Positions 1 through 9,050 of a stretch of DNA of 64,000 nt are shown one piece after another; the stretch's first letter is position 1, and each line of letters starts with the position of its first letter. This stretch comes from an uncultured Actinomycetota bacterium (GTDB taxonomy: Bacteria; Actinomycetota; Actinomycetes; JAHEKZ01). The notes under the pieces were generated by a model. The model searched no databases. It was not told the DNA's origin and saw nothing but the letters and a program-made list of their open reading frames with translations. The DNA lies in the NCBI GenBank assembly GCA_963829525.1, contig CAWHIJ010000003.1, positions 1,984,001 to 2,048,000 on the forward strand. The letters are read 5' to 3'. A program made the translations under genes and the position numbers.

Positions 1-498
1 TCGCTCGGTCAGCCGCTGCAGCAGCGTCGCCATCAGGACGGTGTCGCCCGGATCATCGAGCTCGAACTCGTCAATGCAGATCAGGCGATGCCGCGTCAGC
101 CGCTCCACTGCGTCGGCGAAACCGAGTGCACCGACGAGGTTCGTCAGCTCGACGAACGTTCCAAAGAGCTTCGGCCCCGTCACCTCGTGCCAGAGCGACG
201 CCAACAAATGAGTCTTGCCCACTCCGAAGCCGCCGTCGAGGTAGATACCGGCCCGCCCCTCGGGTGGCGCTGGCGCACGCCGCCACCAGCTGCGCTCCTC
301 CGTCGGGGAAGCGATCCGAGCTGAAAAGGCTCCTAACGCAGCGACCGCCGCCGTCTGTGTCGGGTGAAGCGGGTCGGGCACATAGTTGTGGAAGCCAACT
401 TGTGCGAAGAGTGGCGGGGGAACCAGAGTGGCCACCAGAGCAGCGGCATCCACCTGCGGGAATCGGTCGACGAGGCTGACGGTGGACACGGTGGACAC
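1..498 (-). CDS. zapE: AFG1/ZapE-family ATPase (5' part; runs off window start)
   Basis: Not in the ORF track. Manual translation gives GIYLDGGFGVGKTHLLASLW (Walker A) and LICIDEFELDDPGDT (Walker B). Divergent from a ribD-like gene as in Rv2670c/Rv2671. GTG start at 498 or 489. Confidence 0.9.
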   Translation of the reverse strand, partial: MSTVSTVSLVDRFPQVDAAALVATLVPPPLFAQVGFHNYVPDPLHPTQTAAVAALGAFSARIASPTEERSWWRRAPAPPEGRAGIYLDGGFGVGKTHLLASLWHEVTGPKLFGTFVELTNLVGALGFADAVERLTRHRLICIDEFELDDPGDTVLMATLLQRLTER

Positions 499-553
499 GG
501 TGTCTGAGGGTACGGGGCAAGACGCCTCGCTCTTCCTCTGCCACCATCGGTTC

Positions 554-1303
554 GTGCACCGACTGCTCCCAGCCCCACCCCTCACCATCACGCCGCGCAG
601 CGACGTCGAAGCTCTGGCCGCGCACTACGCCTACCCCGACAACGGTGCCGTTCGCGCCAACATGGTGGCATCCATCGACGGCGCCATCAGTCTCGACGGC
701 AGGTCGCAACCGATCTCCGGAGACTCCGACTGGTTCCTCTTCGGACTGCAGCGAGCCTTGGCCGACGTCATCGTCGTCGGGGCAGGCACAGCACGCGCCG
801 AAGGCTACGGCCCCGGGCGCGCGCGGCCGGAGTTCGCCGCCCTGCGTGAGCGAGCCGGACAGCCAGCAGCTCCGACCCTTGCCCTGGTCACCGCGAGCGG
901 GAAGCTGGACCCGTCCGCTGACTATTTCGGTGGAACGTCTCGGGCGATCGTCATCACGTGCTCCGCCGCACCGGCCGTGCACGTCGACCCTCTCCGAGGA
1001 GTGGCCGACGTCGTCGTGAGCGGCGATGGCAGCGTCGACCTGCGTGGCGCATTGGCTGCACTACGCGAACGAGGCCTTCGCCGCATCCTGACCGAGGGCG
1101 GACCGACCCTGCTCGGAACGCTGGCCACCGATGACCTGGTCGATGAGGTGACGGCCACTATCTCGCCGTCCCTCATCGGTGGCGACGCCCCCCGCATGGT
1201 CGTCGGTGCACCAGGCGCTGTGCGTCCGCTGACTCTCGTGGGGCTGCTCGAGGACGATGGAGCGCTCTTCACCCACTACCGGCGCTTCCGTGGAGGCTCG
1301 TGA
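554..1303 (+). CDS. Pyrimidine reductase / RibD C-terminal (DHFR-like) protein
   Basis: VRANMVASIDG, GAGTARAEGY and LTEGGPTL motifs; start moved to GTG 554 to avoid overlap with zapE. Confidence 0.85.
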   Translation: MHRLLPAPPLTITPRSDVEALAAHYAYPDNGAVRANMVASIDGAISLDGRSQPISGDSDWFLFGLQRALADVIVVGAGTARAEGYGPGRARPEFAALRERAGQPAAPTLALVTASGKLDPSADYFGGTSRAIVITCSAAPAVHVDPLRGVADVVVSGDGSVDLRGALAALRERGLRRILTEGGPTLLGTLATDDLVDEVTATISPSLIGGDAPRMVVGAPGAVRPLTLVGLLEDDGALFTHYRRFRGGS

Positions 1304-2430
1304 TGGCCAGCACTCGGCTGACTCCCCCCGTGGCACCCATGCTTGCCAAGGCGGCCAAGACGGTTCCCGATGGCGCGGGCGAGGCGCCCGGGTACCTCTA
1401 CGAGCCGAAGTGGGACGGGTTTCGGTGCCTGCTCTTCATCGGAACGCCTGAAAGGGCAGGAGTCGAATGTCCTGTCGAGGTGGCCGGTCGTTCGGAGTCG
1501 CTCACCCGCTACTTTCCCGAGATCGTCGCAGCCGCGTCGCAGCTCCTGACAGGTCCACTCGTACTCGACGGCGAGCTGGTGGTGGCGCAGGGGTCAGCGG
1601 GAGATGGTGCGTCAGGAAGCGCCCTCGACTTCGACTCGCTGTCGGCCCGGATCCACCCGGCGGCATCCCGCGTCACCCTGCTCGCTGAGCAGACGCCTGC
1701 TTGGTTCATCGCCTTCGACCTGCTCGAGGACGCAGACGGCGTCCATTTGGATGCGCCGTTCTCCGAGCGTCGTCAGCTGCTCGAGGCTGCGGCTCACGAC
1801 TGGGCACGACCGTTCTTCCTCACTCCTGCTACCACCGACGCGGACGAGGCACGTCGGTGGTTTGCGACTTTCGAAGGTGCGGGTATGGATGGCGTGATGG
1901 CCAAGCCGCTAGCCGAGCCCTATGCACCTGGCAAGCGCACGCTCACAAAGGTGAAACACCAGCGCACCGCCGACTGTGTGGTCGCCGGGTATCGATGGCA
2001 CACCTCCGGTCCCGTGGTCGGGTCACTCCTTCTGGGGTTGTACGACGACCAGGGCAGCTTCCAGCACGTGGGCGTCTGTTCGTCCTTCACCGCTACTCGT
2101 CGGGCCGAGCTGGTGGACGAGCTCGCCCCCCTGGTGACAGACCTCGAAGACCATCCGTGGAATCCCGAGACCGCAGACTCGACGGGTATTCGGCGCCCGG
2201 GGGTGGTGAACCGCTGGAATGCCAAGAAGAACATGACCTTCGTTCCGCTTCGGCCCGAACTCGTCGTCGAGGTCGCCTATGACCAACTTCAGGGTGACCG
2301 CTTTCGGCACAACCCGCGCTTCGCTCGTTGGCGCCCGGACCGCAAGGCGGCATCCTGCACCTTCGACCAGCTGGAGCGCCCCGTCTCATACGATGTCGGC
2401 GAGGTGCTGCGACGCGGCCTTCCCTCATAG
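1300..2430 (+). CDS. ligC: ATP-dependent DNA ligase, LigC type
   Basis: EPKWDGFR adenylation motif, LDGE, AFDLL, DGVMAK, VKHQRTADCVV and RWRPD. Confidence 0.92.
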   Translation: MMASTRLTPPVAPMLAKAAKTVPDGAGEAPGYLYEPKWDGFRCLLFIGTPERAGVECPVEVAGRSESLTRYFPEIVAAASQLLTGPLVLDGELVVAQGSAGDGASGSALDFDSLSARIHPAASRVTLLAEQTPAWFIAFDLLEDADGVHLDAPFSERRQLLEAAAHDWARPFFLTPATTDADEARRWFATFEGAGMDGVMAKPLAEPYAPGKRTLTKVKHQRTADCVVAGYRWHTSGPVVGSLLLGLYDDQGSFQHVGVCSSFTATRRAELVDELAPLVTDLEDHPWNPETADSTGIRRPGVVNRWNAKKNMTFVPLRPELVVEVAYDQLQGDRFRHNPRFARWRPDRKAASCTFDQLERPVSYDVGEVLRRGLPS

Positions 2431-2444
2431 GCCAAGATGGCCCC

Positions 2445-2921
2445 GTGAGCCATCTCATCGTGTTGACCGAGAACGCCCTGACCGAGCACGACGTCACCCG
2501 GATCGTCGAGTGGCACGAGGGGGACCTCCAGCTCCACGTCCTGATTCCGGAGACCTCTGACCAGTCACGGGTGGACCAAGTTGTCGACGACGTGGCACGG
2601 GTCGATCTCGATGAACTGCGTGGCGACATCGCAGGAGCCAGCCCTGACGACAAGGGCCTGGAGGCGCGCCGCGCATTGCAGGAATCGCTTGAACTGCTGG
2701 CCGCACAAGGCCTCGCCGCCACGGGCGGGTTGACACCTCGCGATCCCATCGCCGCTACCGCCGCGTATGTCACGAGCGAGGACGCCGACGAGTTGTGGGT
2801 GATTACCGAGCCACACCTGGTCTCTGACTTCATGCGCCGTGACTGGGGCACGAAGCTACGACACCTCCTGAGCATCCCGGTACTGCACGTGATCGGCGGC
2901 ACCGACGAGGTCATGAATTGA
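2445..2921 (+). CDS. Conserved actinobacterial protein, universal-stress-protein-like fold
   Basis: About 158 aa; ends in DELWVITEPH...DWGTKLR..LSIPVLHV, a USP-like C-terminus; stop overlaps the next start (TTGA). Confidence 0.55.
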   Translation: MSHLIVLTENALTEHDVTRIVEWHEGDLQLHVLIPETSDQSRVDQVVDDVARVDLDELRGDIAGASPDDKGLEARRALQESLELLAAQGLAATGGLTPRDPIAATAAYVTSEDADELWVITEPHLVSDFMRRDWGTKLRHLLSIPVLHVIGGTDEVMN

Positions 2922-5824
2922 GTAACCCGTTCGCGGGCATGGAGATCCCGAGTCCGGCTTTGAGCCTGGACCGAGCGGCGGCCATTCTGTCGGAGCGGTA
3001 CCGCCGGTCTGGACCGCTCAGCAGCCTCGGCAGCCATCAGGACCAGAACGTCATGGTCGACGACGCCGGTGGACGGTTCATCCTCAAGATCTCCAACCCC
3101 GGTTTCAGCCACGAAGGACTGCTGGCTCAGAACGCCGCCATGCTCCACCTGGCCGAGCGCGACCTTCCGTTTCGAGCGCCGGTCCCGCTACCGGACGCCG
3201 ACGGCGCGTTGATCGGCCAGGTGACCGACGGCGGCGCGACCTACGACGTCCGGCTCGTCACCTTCCTTGCGGGACGGCCGTTGGCCGACTTCGACTACCT
3301 CGCGCCCGTCGTGCTGCAGCGCCAGGGGTGGCTTGCCGCGTCAGCTGCTGTGGCACTGGCCGACTTCGACCATCGGGGCCTCGACCGCACACTGCAATGG
3401 GATGTGCGACATGCCAGCGATGTCGTGGCGGCCTTCGGTCCGTCGATCTCGAATGCCGCTGGCCGCGCCGACATCGAAGGGCAGATGGAGCGCGCCCAGC
3501 AAGCGATCGATGGGCTCGCGCCACACCTCAGACTGGCGGTCTGTCATGCCGACGTCACCGACGTGAACGTGGTCGCAGACCTGAACACTGCCGGTCAGCC
3601 GTGGCCAGATGCGCTCATCGACTTCGGCGACCTGCTGCGCACCTGGCTCGCCGCTGACGCCGCCGTTGCGGCTGGCTCGCTGATCGGGCATGAACCCGAT
3701 GATGCGCTCGGGGTGGTTGCCAACGTGCTGCGCGGCTACCACTCGGTCTACCCGCTCACCGACGAAGAGGTGGCGGCACTGTGGCCGCTCGTGATCGCAC
3801 GGGCGGCATCGAACGTGGCCAGCAGCGAACACCAAGCCAGGCTCGAGCCGAATGACGCGTATGTGCAGGGCTCGGTTGACGACGACTGGCGCATCTGGCG
3901 CGCCGTCAGGTCGGTGCCATGGCGGGCCGCTCACGGCGTACTCGCCGAAAGCGTGGGAATGCGAGCCGCTACTCCGCCGCCGCCTCCAGCACCACATGCA
4001 TCTCTGGTGGCGCTTCCCCCAGAGTGTCCGTCCATCGATCAGTCGGTGACCGCCGATACGTTCGACCCGGAGCGATGGAACCTCACCGGCGGGGTCCTCC
4101 TGCAGCTGGCGGACGGTTGGGGCATCGGACGCTACGACGAGGGCCGGCTGGCACCGGTCGGCGACGGTGGCGTCAGCACGGGAGTGGAAGTCTTCGCTTC
4201 GGCTGGAACCGAGGTGCGGGCCCCGGTCGCTGGCGTTGTGGCCCGGCTCGATGAGACCTCGGTGGCGCTGTCGCTAGACGACACTTGGCGCCTGATTCTG
4301 GGCGGACTCGATCGGGTGACCGATGCCGTGCAGGTAGCAGTTGGCGATCTGCTCGGCGTGGTGGCAGCAGCCCCCGCTTCTGCGCCAGCCGTGACGGTGC
4401 AGCTGGTGGCCGACGCGGAGCAGTTTCCCCCGCTGATCGCCCGGCGCGCCGACGGCTGGCGCCACGTGACCTTCGACCCGACCCACTGGTGGGCGACTGA
4501 ACCTGTTCCGGCGAGCTTCCCCTCGACTGCCAACGAGGCGGCTTCGCTCCTGCATCGCCGTGACAGAGTGCTCGCGCCCGCACAGGAGTACTACTACGAA
4601 ATCCCACCGCGGATCGAGCGCGGACGCCGTCACCACATGTTCGACACCGAGGGACGCCGCTACGTCGACATGGTGAACAACGTGACGATCCTCGGACACA
4701 GCCATCCGGCCATCGAGCTGGCTGTCAGCCGCCAATTGCGTCTCATCAACACCAACTCACGTTTCCACTACGCGGCGATGGTCGAGTTCTCCGAGCGGCT
4801 TGCAGCACTGCTCCCCGATCCCCTCGACACCGTGTTCCTGGTGAGCACCGGCAGTGAGGCAAACGAAGTTGCCCTGAGGCTGATGCGGGCCGCCACTGGA
4901 AGCCGCGACATCCTCGCGGTACGCAGCGCGTATCACGGGTGGACCACCGGCACCGACGAAGTCACGACAGCGATCAACGACAACCCACGGGCCGCTGACA
5001 CTCGGCCGCCGTGGGTGCACATCGTTGAGTCACCGAACCCTTACCGGGGTCGGTTCCGCGGCCCGGACGCCGGCGGCAGGTACGCCGCTGACGTCGACCG
5101 GGCCTTGGCTGAGGTGGCTGAAGCGGGGGATCGGGTGAGCGGCTTCATCGCAGAGCCGGTTTACGGGAACGCCGGCGGCGTCCTGCTGCCCGATGGCTAT
5201 CTGGCCGCCGCCTACGCCTCCGTGCGCGCAGCCGGCGGTGTCTGCGTCGCCGACGAGGTGCAGGTGGGATACGGACGGCTGGGCGACTTCTTCTGGGGCT
5301 TTGAGCAGCAGGCCGTGGTGCCCGACATCGTCACTATGGCCAAGTGCACCGGAAACGGAGTCCCGGTCGGCGCCGTTGTCACCACCCGCGCCATCGCCGA
5401 GACGCTGCGAACCGAAGAGGGATCGTTCTTCAGCTCGATGGGTGGATCCCCGCTTGGGTCCGTCGCCGCGCTTGCCACCCTGGAGGTCCTTGAGAGCGAG
5501 GGCCTGCAAGAGAACGCTGCGGTCATTGGTCGCCACATCGCCGACCGGGTGACGGCCCTTGCGGCCCACCACCCGTTGATCGGCACCGTTCACGGGTTGG
5601 GCCTCTATCGAGGGATTGAGCTGGTCCGCGACCACGAGACTCTCGAGCCAGCGACCGAAGAGGCATTGGCCATCTGCGAGCGCATGCGTGAGCTGGGAAT
5701 CATCGTCCAGCCCACCAGCGACCACATGAACGTCTTGAAGATCAAGCCTCCCCTATGCATCGACCTCGATGCGGCTGATGCCTTCGTGGATGCGCTCGAG
5801 ACGACGCTTAGCTCGGGTTGGTAG
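2918..5824 (+). CDS. Fusion of APH-type phosphotransferase, degenerate M23-like domain and class-III PLP aminotransferase/phospholyase
   Basis: CHADVTDVN and LIDFGD (APH kinase); GTEVRAPVAGVV (M23-like); STGSEAN, DEVQVGYGRLG and TMAKCTGNG (PLP lysine). Confidence 0.85.
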   Translation: MSNPFAGMEIPSPALSLDRAAAILSERYRRSGPLSSLGSHQDQNVMVDDAGGRFILKISNPGFSHEGLLAQNAAMLHLAERDLPFRAPVPLPDADGALIGQVTDGGATYDVRLVTFLAGRPLADFDYLAPVVLQRQGWLAASAAVALADFDHRGLDRTLQWDVRHASDVVAAFGPSISNAAGRADIEGQMERAQQAIDGLAPHLRLAVCHADVTDVNVVADLNTAGQPWPDALIDFGDLLRTWLAADAAVAAGSLIGHEPDDALGVVANVLRGYHSVYPLTDEEVAALWPLVIARAASNVASSEHQARLEPNDAYVQGSVDDDWRIWRAVRSVPWRAAHGVLAESVGMRAATPPPPPAPHASLVALPPECPSIDQSVTADTFDPERWNLTGGVLLQLADGWGIGRYDEGRLAPVGDGGVSTGVEVFASAGTEVRAPVAGVVARLDETSVALSLDDTWRLILGGLDRVTDAVQVAVGDLLGVVAAAPASAPAVTVQLVADAEQFPPLIARRADGWRHVTFDPTHWWATEPVPASFPSTANEAASLLHRRDRVLAPAQEYYYEIPPRIERGRRHHMFDTEGRRYVDMVNNVTILGHSHPAIELAVSRQLRLINTNSRFHYAAMVEFSERLAALLPDPLDTVFLVSTGSEANEVALRLMRAATGSRDILAVRSAYHGWTTGTDEVTTAINDNPRAADTRPPWVHIVESPNPYRGRFRGPDAGGRYAADVDRALAEVAEAGDRVSGFIAEPVYGNAGGVLLPDGYLAAAYASVRAAGGVCVADEVQVGYGRLGDFFWGFEQQAVVPDIVTMAKCTGNGVPVGAVVTTRAIAETLRTEEGSFFSSMGGSPLGSVAALATLEVLESEGLQENAAVIGRHIADRVTALAAHHPLIGTVHGLGLYRGIELVRDHETLEPATEEALAICERMRELGIIVQPTSDHMNVLKIKPPLCIDLDAADAFVDALETTLSSGW

Positions 5825-5967
5825 CGCCGCGAAGGCCCGGCGCGCCTGCGTGTGCGGGCAGTCCGGGTCCCCCGTTCGGCTCAACCTCAAATGGGTGACT
5901 ACCGACCGTCATCACGGGGGCTACTCTGGCAGCGTCACACCGGCACGATCATGGTCAGGGGGGCGGC

Positions 5968-6378
5968 ATGCGGGTCACTCACCGCGCTGCGTTACTCAGC
6001 GCAGTCGTGGCTGCCCTCGTCCTCCCCGCACTCCCGGCAGCCGCAGCAATCGCTCCCCTTCCCGAGACGGTGCTGAAGGTCAAGTCGATCGAGTGGCAGC
6101 CACGAACCGGAAATGTCGCGGTCACCGCATGGGTCAAGTGCTCAGGCAAGGGCACCTTCCGGTGGGCCGCAGCCGTCGATCAGCGGGACGCGCAGGCTCG
6201 CAACTCGTCAAATGTTCCATGCGACGGTGACGGGTACTTGTCGACGCTGATCCTCGATCCGCGTCATGGCCGGTTCCACCCCGGGACCGCCCAGTTCACT
6301 CTCGAGCAGTACATCGAGAACGACCACGCCGGCATCGGAAGCGCGACGCTCAAGTTCATTGGGATTACCCCCCGATGA
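5968..6378 (+). CDS. Secreted small protein, paralog 1 of 3 (possibly DUF6299-like beta-sandwich)
   Basis: Signal peptide ending PAAAA; GGGGGG-type RBS; two Cys; LDPRHGRFHPG motif shared with the next two ORFs. Confidence 0.75.
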   Translation: MRVTHRAALLSAVVAALVLPALPAAAAIAPLPETVLKVKSIEWQPRTGNVAVTAWVKCSGKGTFRWAAAVDQRDAQARNSSNVPCDGDGYLSTLILDPRHGRFHPGTAQFTLEQYIENDHAGIGSATLKFIGITPR

Positions 6379-6815
6379 CGCGCCTGTCCCGGCTGGGCCT
6401 AGCCGCCGCCATCGCAGTTGCTTCGCTGGCGTCCATCGGCGCAGCAGCACCAGCCCAGGCAGCAACCTTCAGTCTCCAGGTGAAAGTGGTCTCCACCGAC
6501 TGGGTGCCCCGCACAGGCAACCTCGCCGTGACGGCCAGGATCGACTGCTCTCGACGGGTGACGAGTGCGTCCTGGGCTGTGAAAGTCAGGCAGCGGGTTC
6601 CAGGGAAGGGCCTGGAGAAGATTTCGTGCACCGGCGAACCACACTTGCTCACGATCCTGCTCGACCCAAAGAAGGGACGCTTCCACCCGGGGGCAGCGAC
6701 GCTTGAGCTCACCACCGTGGAATGCCTCTCTGACGTCTGCGCCGGCCTGATCTACCCCACCAACGATTTCCGGATTCCTCCCCCGGGGCAAAGCCATAGG
6801 CCGGGAACGCGATGA
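6375..6815 (+). CDS. Secreted small protein, paralog 2 of 3
   Basis: Signal peptide ending AQA; TGNLAV..C..W..Q..CTG..LLDPKKGRFHPG; ATGA overlap with the upstream gene. Confidence 0.75.
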   Translation: MTRLSRLGLAAAIAVASLASIGAAAPAQAATFSLQVKVVSTDWVPRTGNLAVTARIDCSRRVTSASWAVKVRQRVPGKGLEKISCTGEPHLLTILLDPKKGRFHPGAATLELTTVECLSDVCAGLIYPTNDFRIPPPGQSHRPGTR

Positions 6816-7228
6816 CACGCCTTGGCTCAGCAATCGCGGTCTGCGCGGTGGCCGCATCCGCTGCACTTCTTCCCTCGGGTGCTGCTCTGGCCGGTACTGT
6901 GTCCGACATTCCAGATGTCCGTGTCAAGGTTCGGTCAATCACCCTTGACGGCTACACCGGCAACATCGCGGTACGGACCCGAGTCAGGTGCACCCAAGTG
7001 GTGCCCGGAGTCGGTACTGCCTCATGGCGCACCTCGGCGACGCAGGACCTGAAGGCAACCGGCGGCGCCACTATCACCTGCGACGGCGTGAGTCGTCGCG
7101 CCAAGATCATTCTCGACCCCCGCGACGGCAGGTTCCACCGCGGTGAGGTCGGCATGACGATCGACTACTTCGCATTCGGCTCCACCAGCGCTGTCGGCGA
7201 GGGCAGCAGCTTTAGCGTGGTTGTCTGA
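6812..7228 (+). CDS. Secreted small protein, paralog 3 of 3
   Basis: Signal peptide ending ALA; TGNIAV..C..W..Q..CDG..ILDPRDGRFHRG; ATGA overlap. Confidence 0.75.
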   Translation: MTRLGSAIAVCAVAASAALLPSGAALAGTVSDIPDVRVKVRSITLDGYTGNIAVRTRVRCTQVVPGVGTASWRTSATQDLKATGGATITCDGVSRRAKIILDPRDGRFHRGEVGMTIDYFAFGSTSAVGEGSSFSVVV

Positions 7229-7230
7229 GG

Positions 7231-7342
7231 GCGAGTTCTTTCGTCGTAGTGGTGATCTCAGGTAAGGCCTCGGTCCCGTGTCGCGAGGGCACCTCGACCG
7301 CCAGCTCGAGAATCACCATCGACTGCGGCGCCCGCCGCTCGC
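7231..7342 (+). ncRNA. Putative structured element resembling an orphan IS110 left-end / bridge-RNA-like sequence
   Basis: Nested pairings: CGTCGTAGT/ACTGCGGCG (G-U pairs favour the + strand), GGTGATCTC/GAGAATCACC, AGGT/ACCT and GCCTCG/CGAGGGC. The core is shared with 34500-34644. The IS110 resemblance is from recall only. Confidence 0.4.
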
Positions 7343-7367
7343 TCTAGGGCCCGTTGCTCTCTCAACG

Positions 7368-8827
7368 TTATTCGCGGAGTGGTGGGTCGGTGGCGGTGGG
7401 GATCTGGTCGGGGTTGGTGTATTGCCAGGGTTGGGTGTGAAACTTCCGTCCGGTGGGGGTGGTCCAGGTCATGATCCCGGTGGGGTGGAGTGCGGCGTTC
7501 CATCCGGGGGTGTGTTTGAGGCGGTGGTGCCGCCGGCACAAGACAGCGAGGTTGGTCGCTGCGGTGGGGCCTTGCGGCCAGGGCACGGTGTGGTCGAGGT
7601 CGGTGCCGGCGCTGTCGGCGGAGCGGCGGCAGCCGGGGAACCGGCAGGTCACATCCCGGGCGCGGACGGCCCGGTCCAGCCCTGCCGACGGCCGGTAGCG
7701 GTTCTCGGCGAGGTCGGTCAGGATCCCGGTGGTCGGGTCGGTCAGCAACCGCCGCAGACTCACCTGAACGCCCAGCCTGGTGCCGGCCCCGGTCTGAGAG
7801 CCGTTTCCCGCCCCAGTGCTGGTGTCAGTCCCGATCTGGGCCTCAAGCCCTGATCGCAGCAACTCTGCTACTTCGGTGGCGGTGACCGGTCCCAGTCCGG
7901 GAACCCAGCCGGGTTGGTCGCTGTGTCCGGTGATCGTGTCGGCGGGCACGATCACCTGCAGGTTCACCGCAGGTGGCTGGGTGCGTCCGAGGAGTAGGTC
8001 GACCATCGTGTCGGCGCGGCGTTGGTCCATGGTCCGGACATCAGCTGCGCCCAGCTGCTGGGCGCAGCTGGTCAGCGTTTGTTGGATCTGGCGGGCCTGA
8101 ATGCTGGGCAGCATCGCCCACAGCTCGCTCATGCCGTCCTCACCGGGGGTGATGACCACCCGGCGGTCGGCTACAGCGCGTTGCCGGCGTTCCTCGGCCG
8201 CTTCAGGGTTGGCCTCGATCACCTTCCGGCGCAGCCACTCCCGCAGCTGCGGCGCGGTCCGGGACCTGCCGGGGACGGTGGCGTAACCGACAGCGTCGGC
8301 GGCTAGCGCCTCGACCTGTCCGGTGGTCACGGTGGCGGGATCGGAGCCGGGGTGCAGGTGGCTGAGCTGCTCGACGATCACCGCGACCTTGCGGGCATCG
8401 ACCCGGCCGGCCCGCCACGCCGCAGCGACCACCGGCAGGCCGGCGACCCGGCACGCAGTGTCATACCGGGCCACCGCGGCCATCTTCGTCCACCCCAGCA
8501 GCACCCCGATCTCATCGGGAACATACGTCTGGCGGCACTGCTGCGACCACATCGGCTGGCCGCCAGCGGTGACACTTCGGCCTGGTCAGCGGCCCGCGCC
8601 CGGACCCCCATCTGCACCATCGCGTCAGCCTGAATCGCCTGTGCCCGGTTGACGACCTGCTCCAACCTGACCAGAACCTGGCGTAGCTGGTCATCGGACA
8701 GGGCACCGGCCTGGCCAGTGTCACCGTCATTGACGGCGTCGTTCCTCGCATCGCCGGTGACGGCGTGGGTGGCAGCGTCGAGCAGGTGATCAACCTGTTC
8801 GACCAGCGCAACCAACGAGGAGTTCAT
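7368..8827 (-). pseudogene. DUF222 (13E12-repeat family) HNH endonuclease with one frameshift near 8570
   Basis: C-terminal RDVTCRFPGC..DLDHTVPW..G.T...NLAVLCRRHHRLKH (HNH); DUF222 DQRRAD motif. The N-terminus (ATG 8827, MNSSLVAL) is in another frame and joins at about AEV/TAGGQPMWSQ. May be a consensus error. Confidence 0.8.
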
Positions 8828-8834
8828 GCACCAC

Positions 8835-8857
8835 ACTCTGCCAGCCGCCACCGACAA
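8835..8857 (-). promoter_or_regulatory. RecA-NDp / PafBC-type DNA-damage promoter (leaderless) for the DUF222-HNH gene
   Basis: Minus strand reads TTGTCGGTG-N8-CAGAGT-N7-ATG, against the mycobacterial consensus tTGTCRGtg-N8-TAnnnT. Confidence 0.6.
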
Positions 8858-8944
8858 GACGGATCGAGTTTCTCCAGGCACAGCCTGCCGAAACTCGACC
8901 CACCTCACTTCACACTAAACGTCCAAATCCGGTACCCAAAGGGA

Positions 8945-9021
8945 CACTCGACGAGCAGCGACGTCAGTCAGGTGTGCACTCGACAAGCAGCGACGTCAAC
9001 CTGATGTGCACTCGACGAGCA
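8945..9021. repeat. Imperfect 32-bp tandem repeat, about 2.4 copies
   Basis: CACTCGAC(G/A)AGCAGCGACGTCA......TGTG units start at 8945, 8977 and 9009 (last one partial). Confidence 0.8.
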
Positions 9022-9050
9022 TGAAAGGTGGCCCGTCACCGCAGCATGGG

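Noticed and set aside
482-500. 9-bp tandem repeat GTGGACACG
   Set aside because: A codon-level duplication (VST-VST) at the zapE start; it only makes the start ambiguous.
8945-9021. Possible mini-CRISPR array
   Set aside because: The variable part is only about 6-10 nt, there are fewer than 3 full units, and no cas genes are present.
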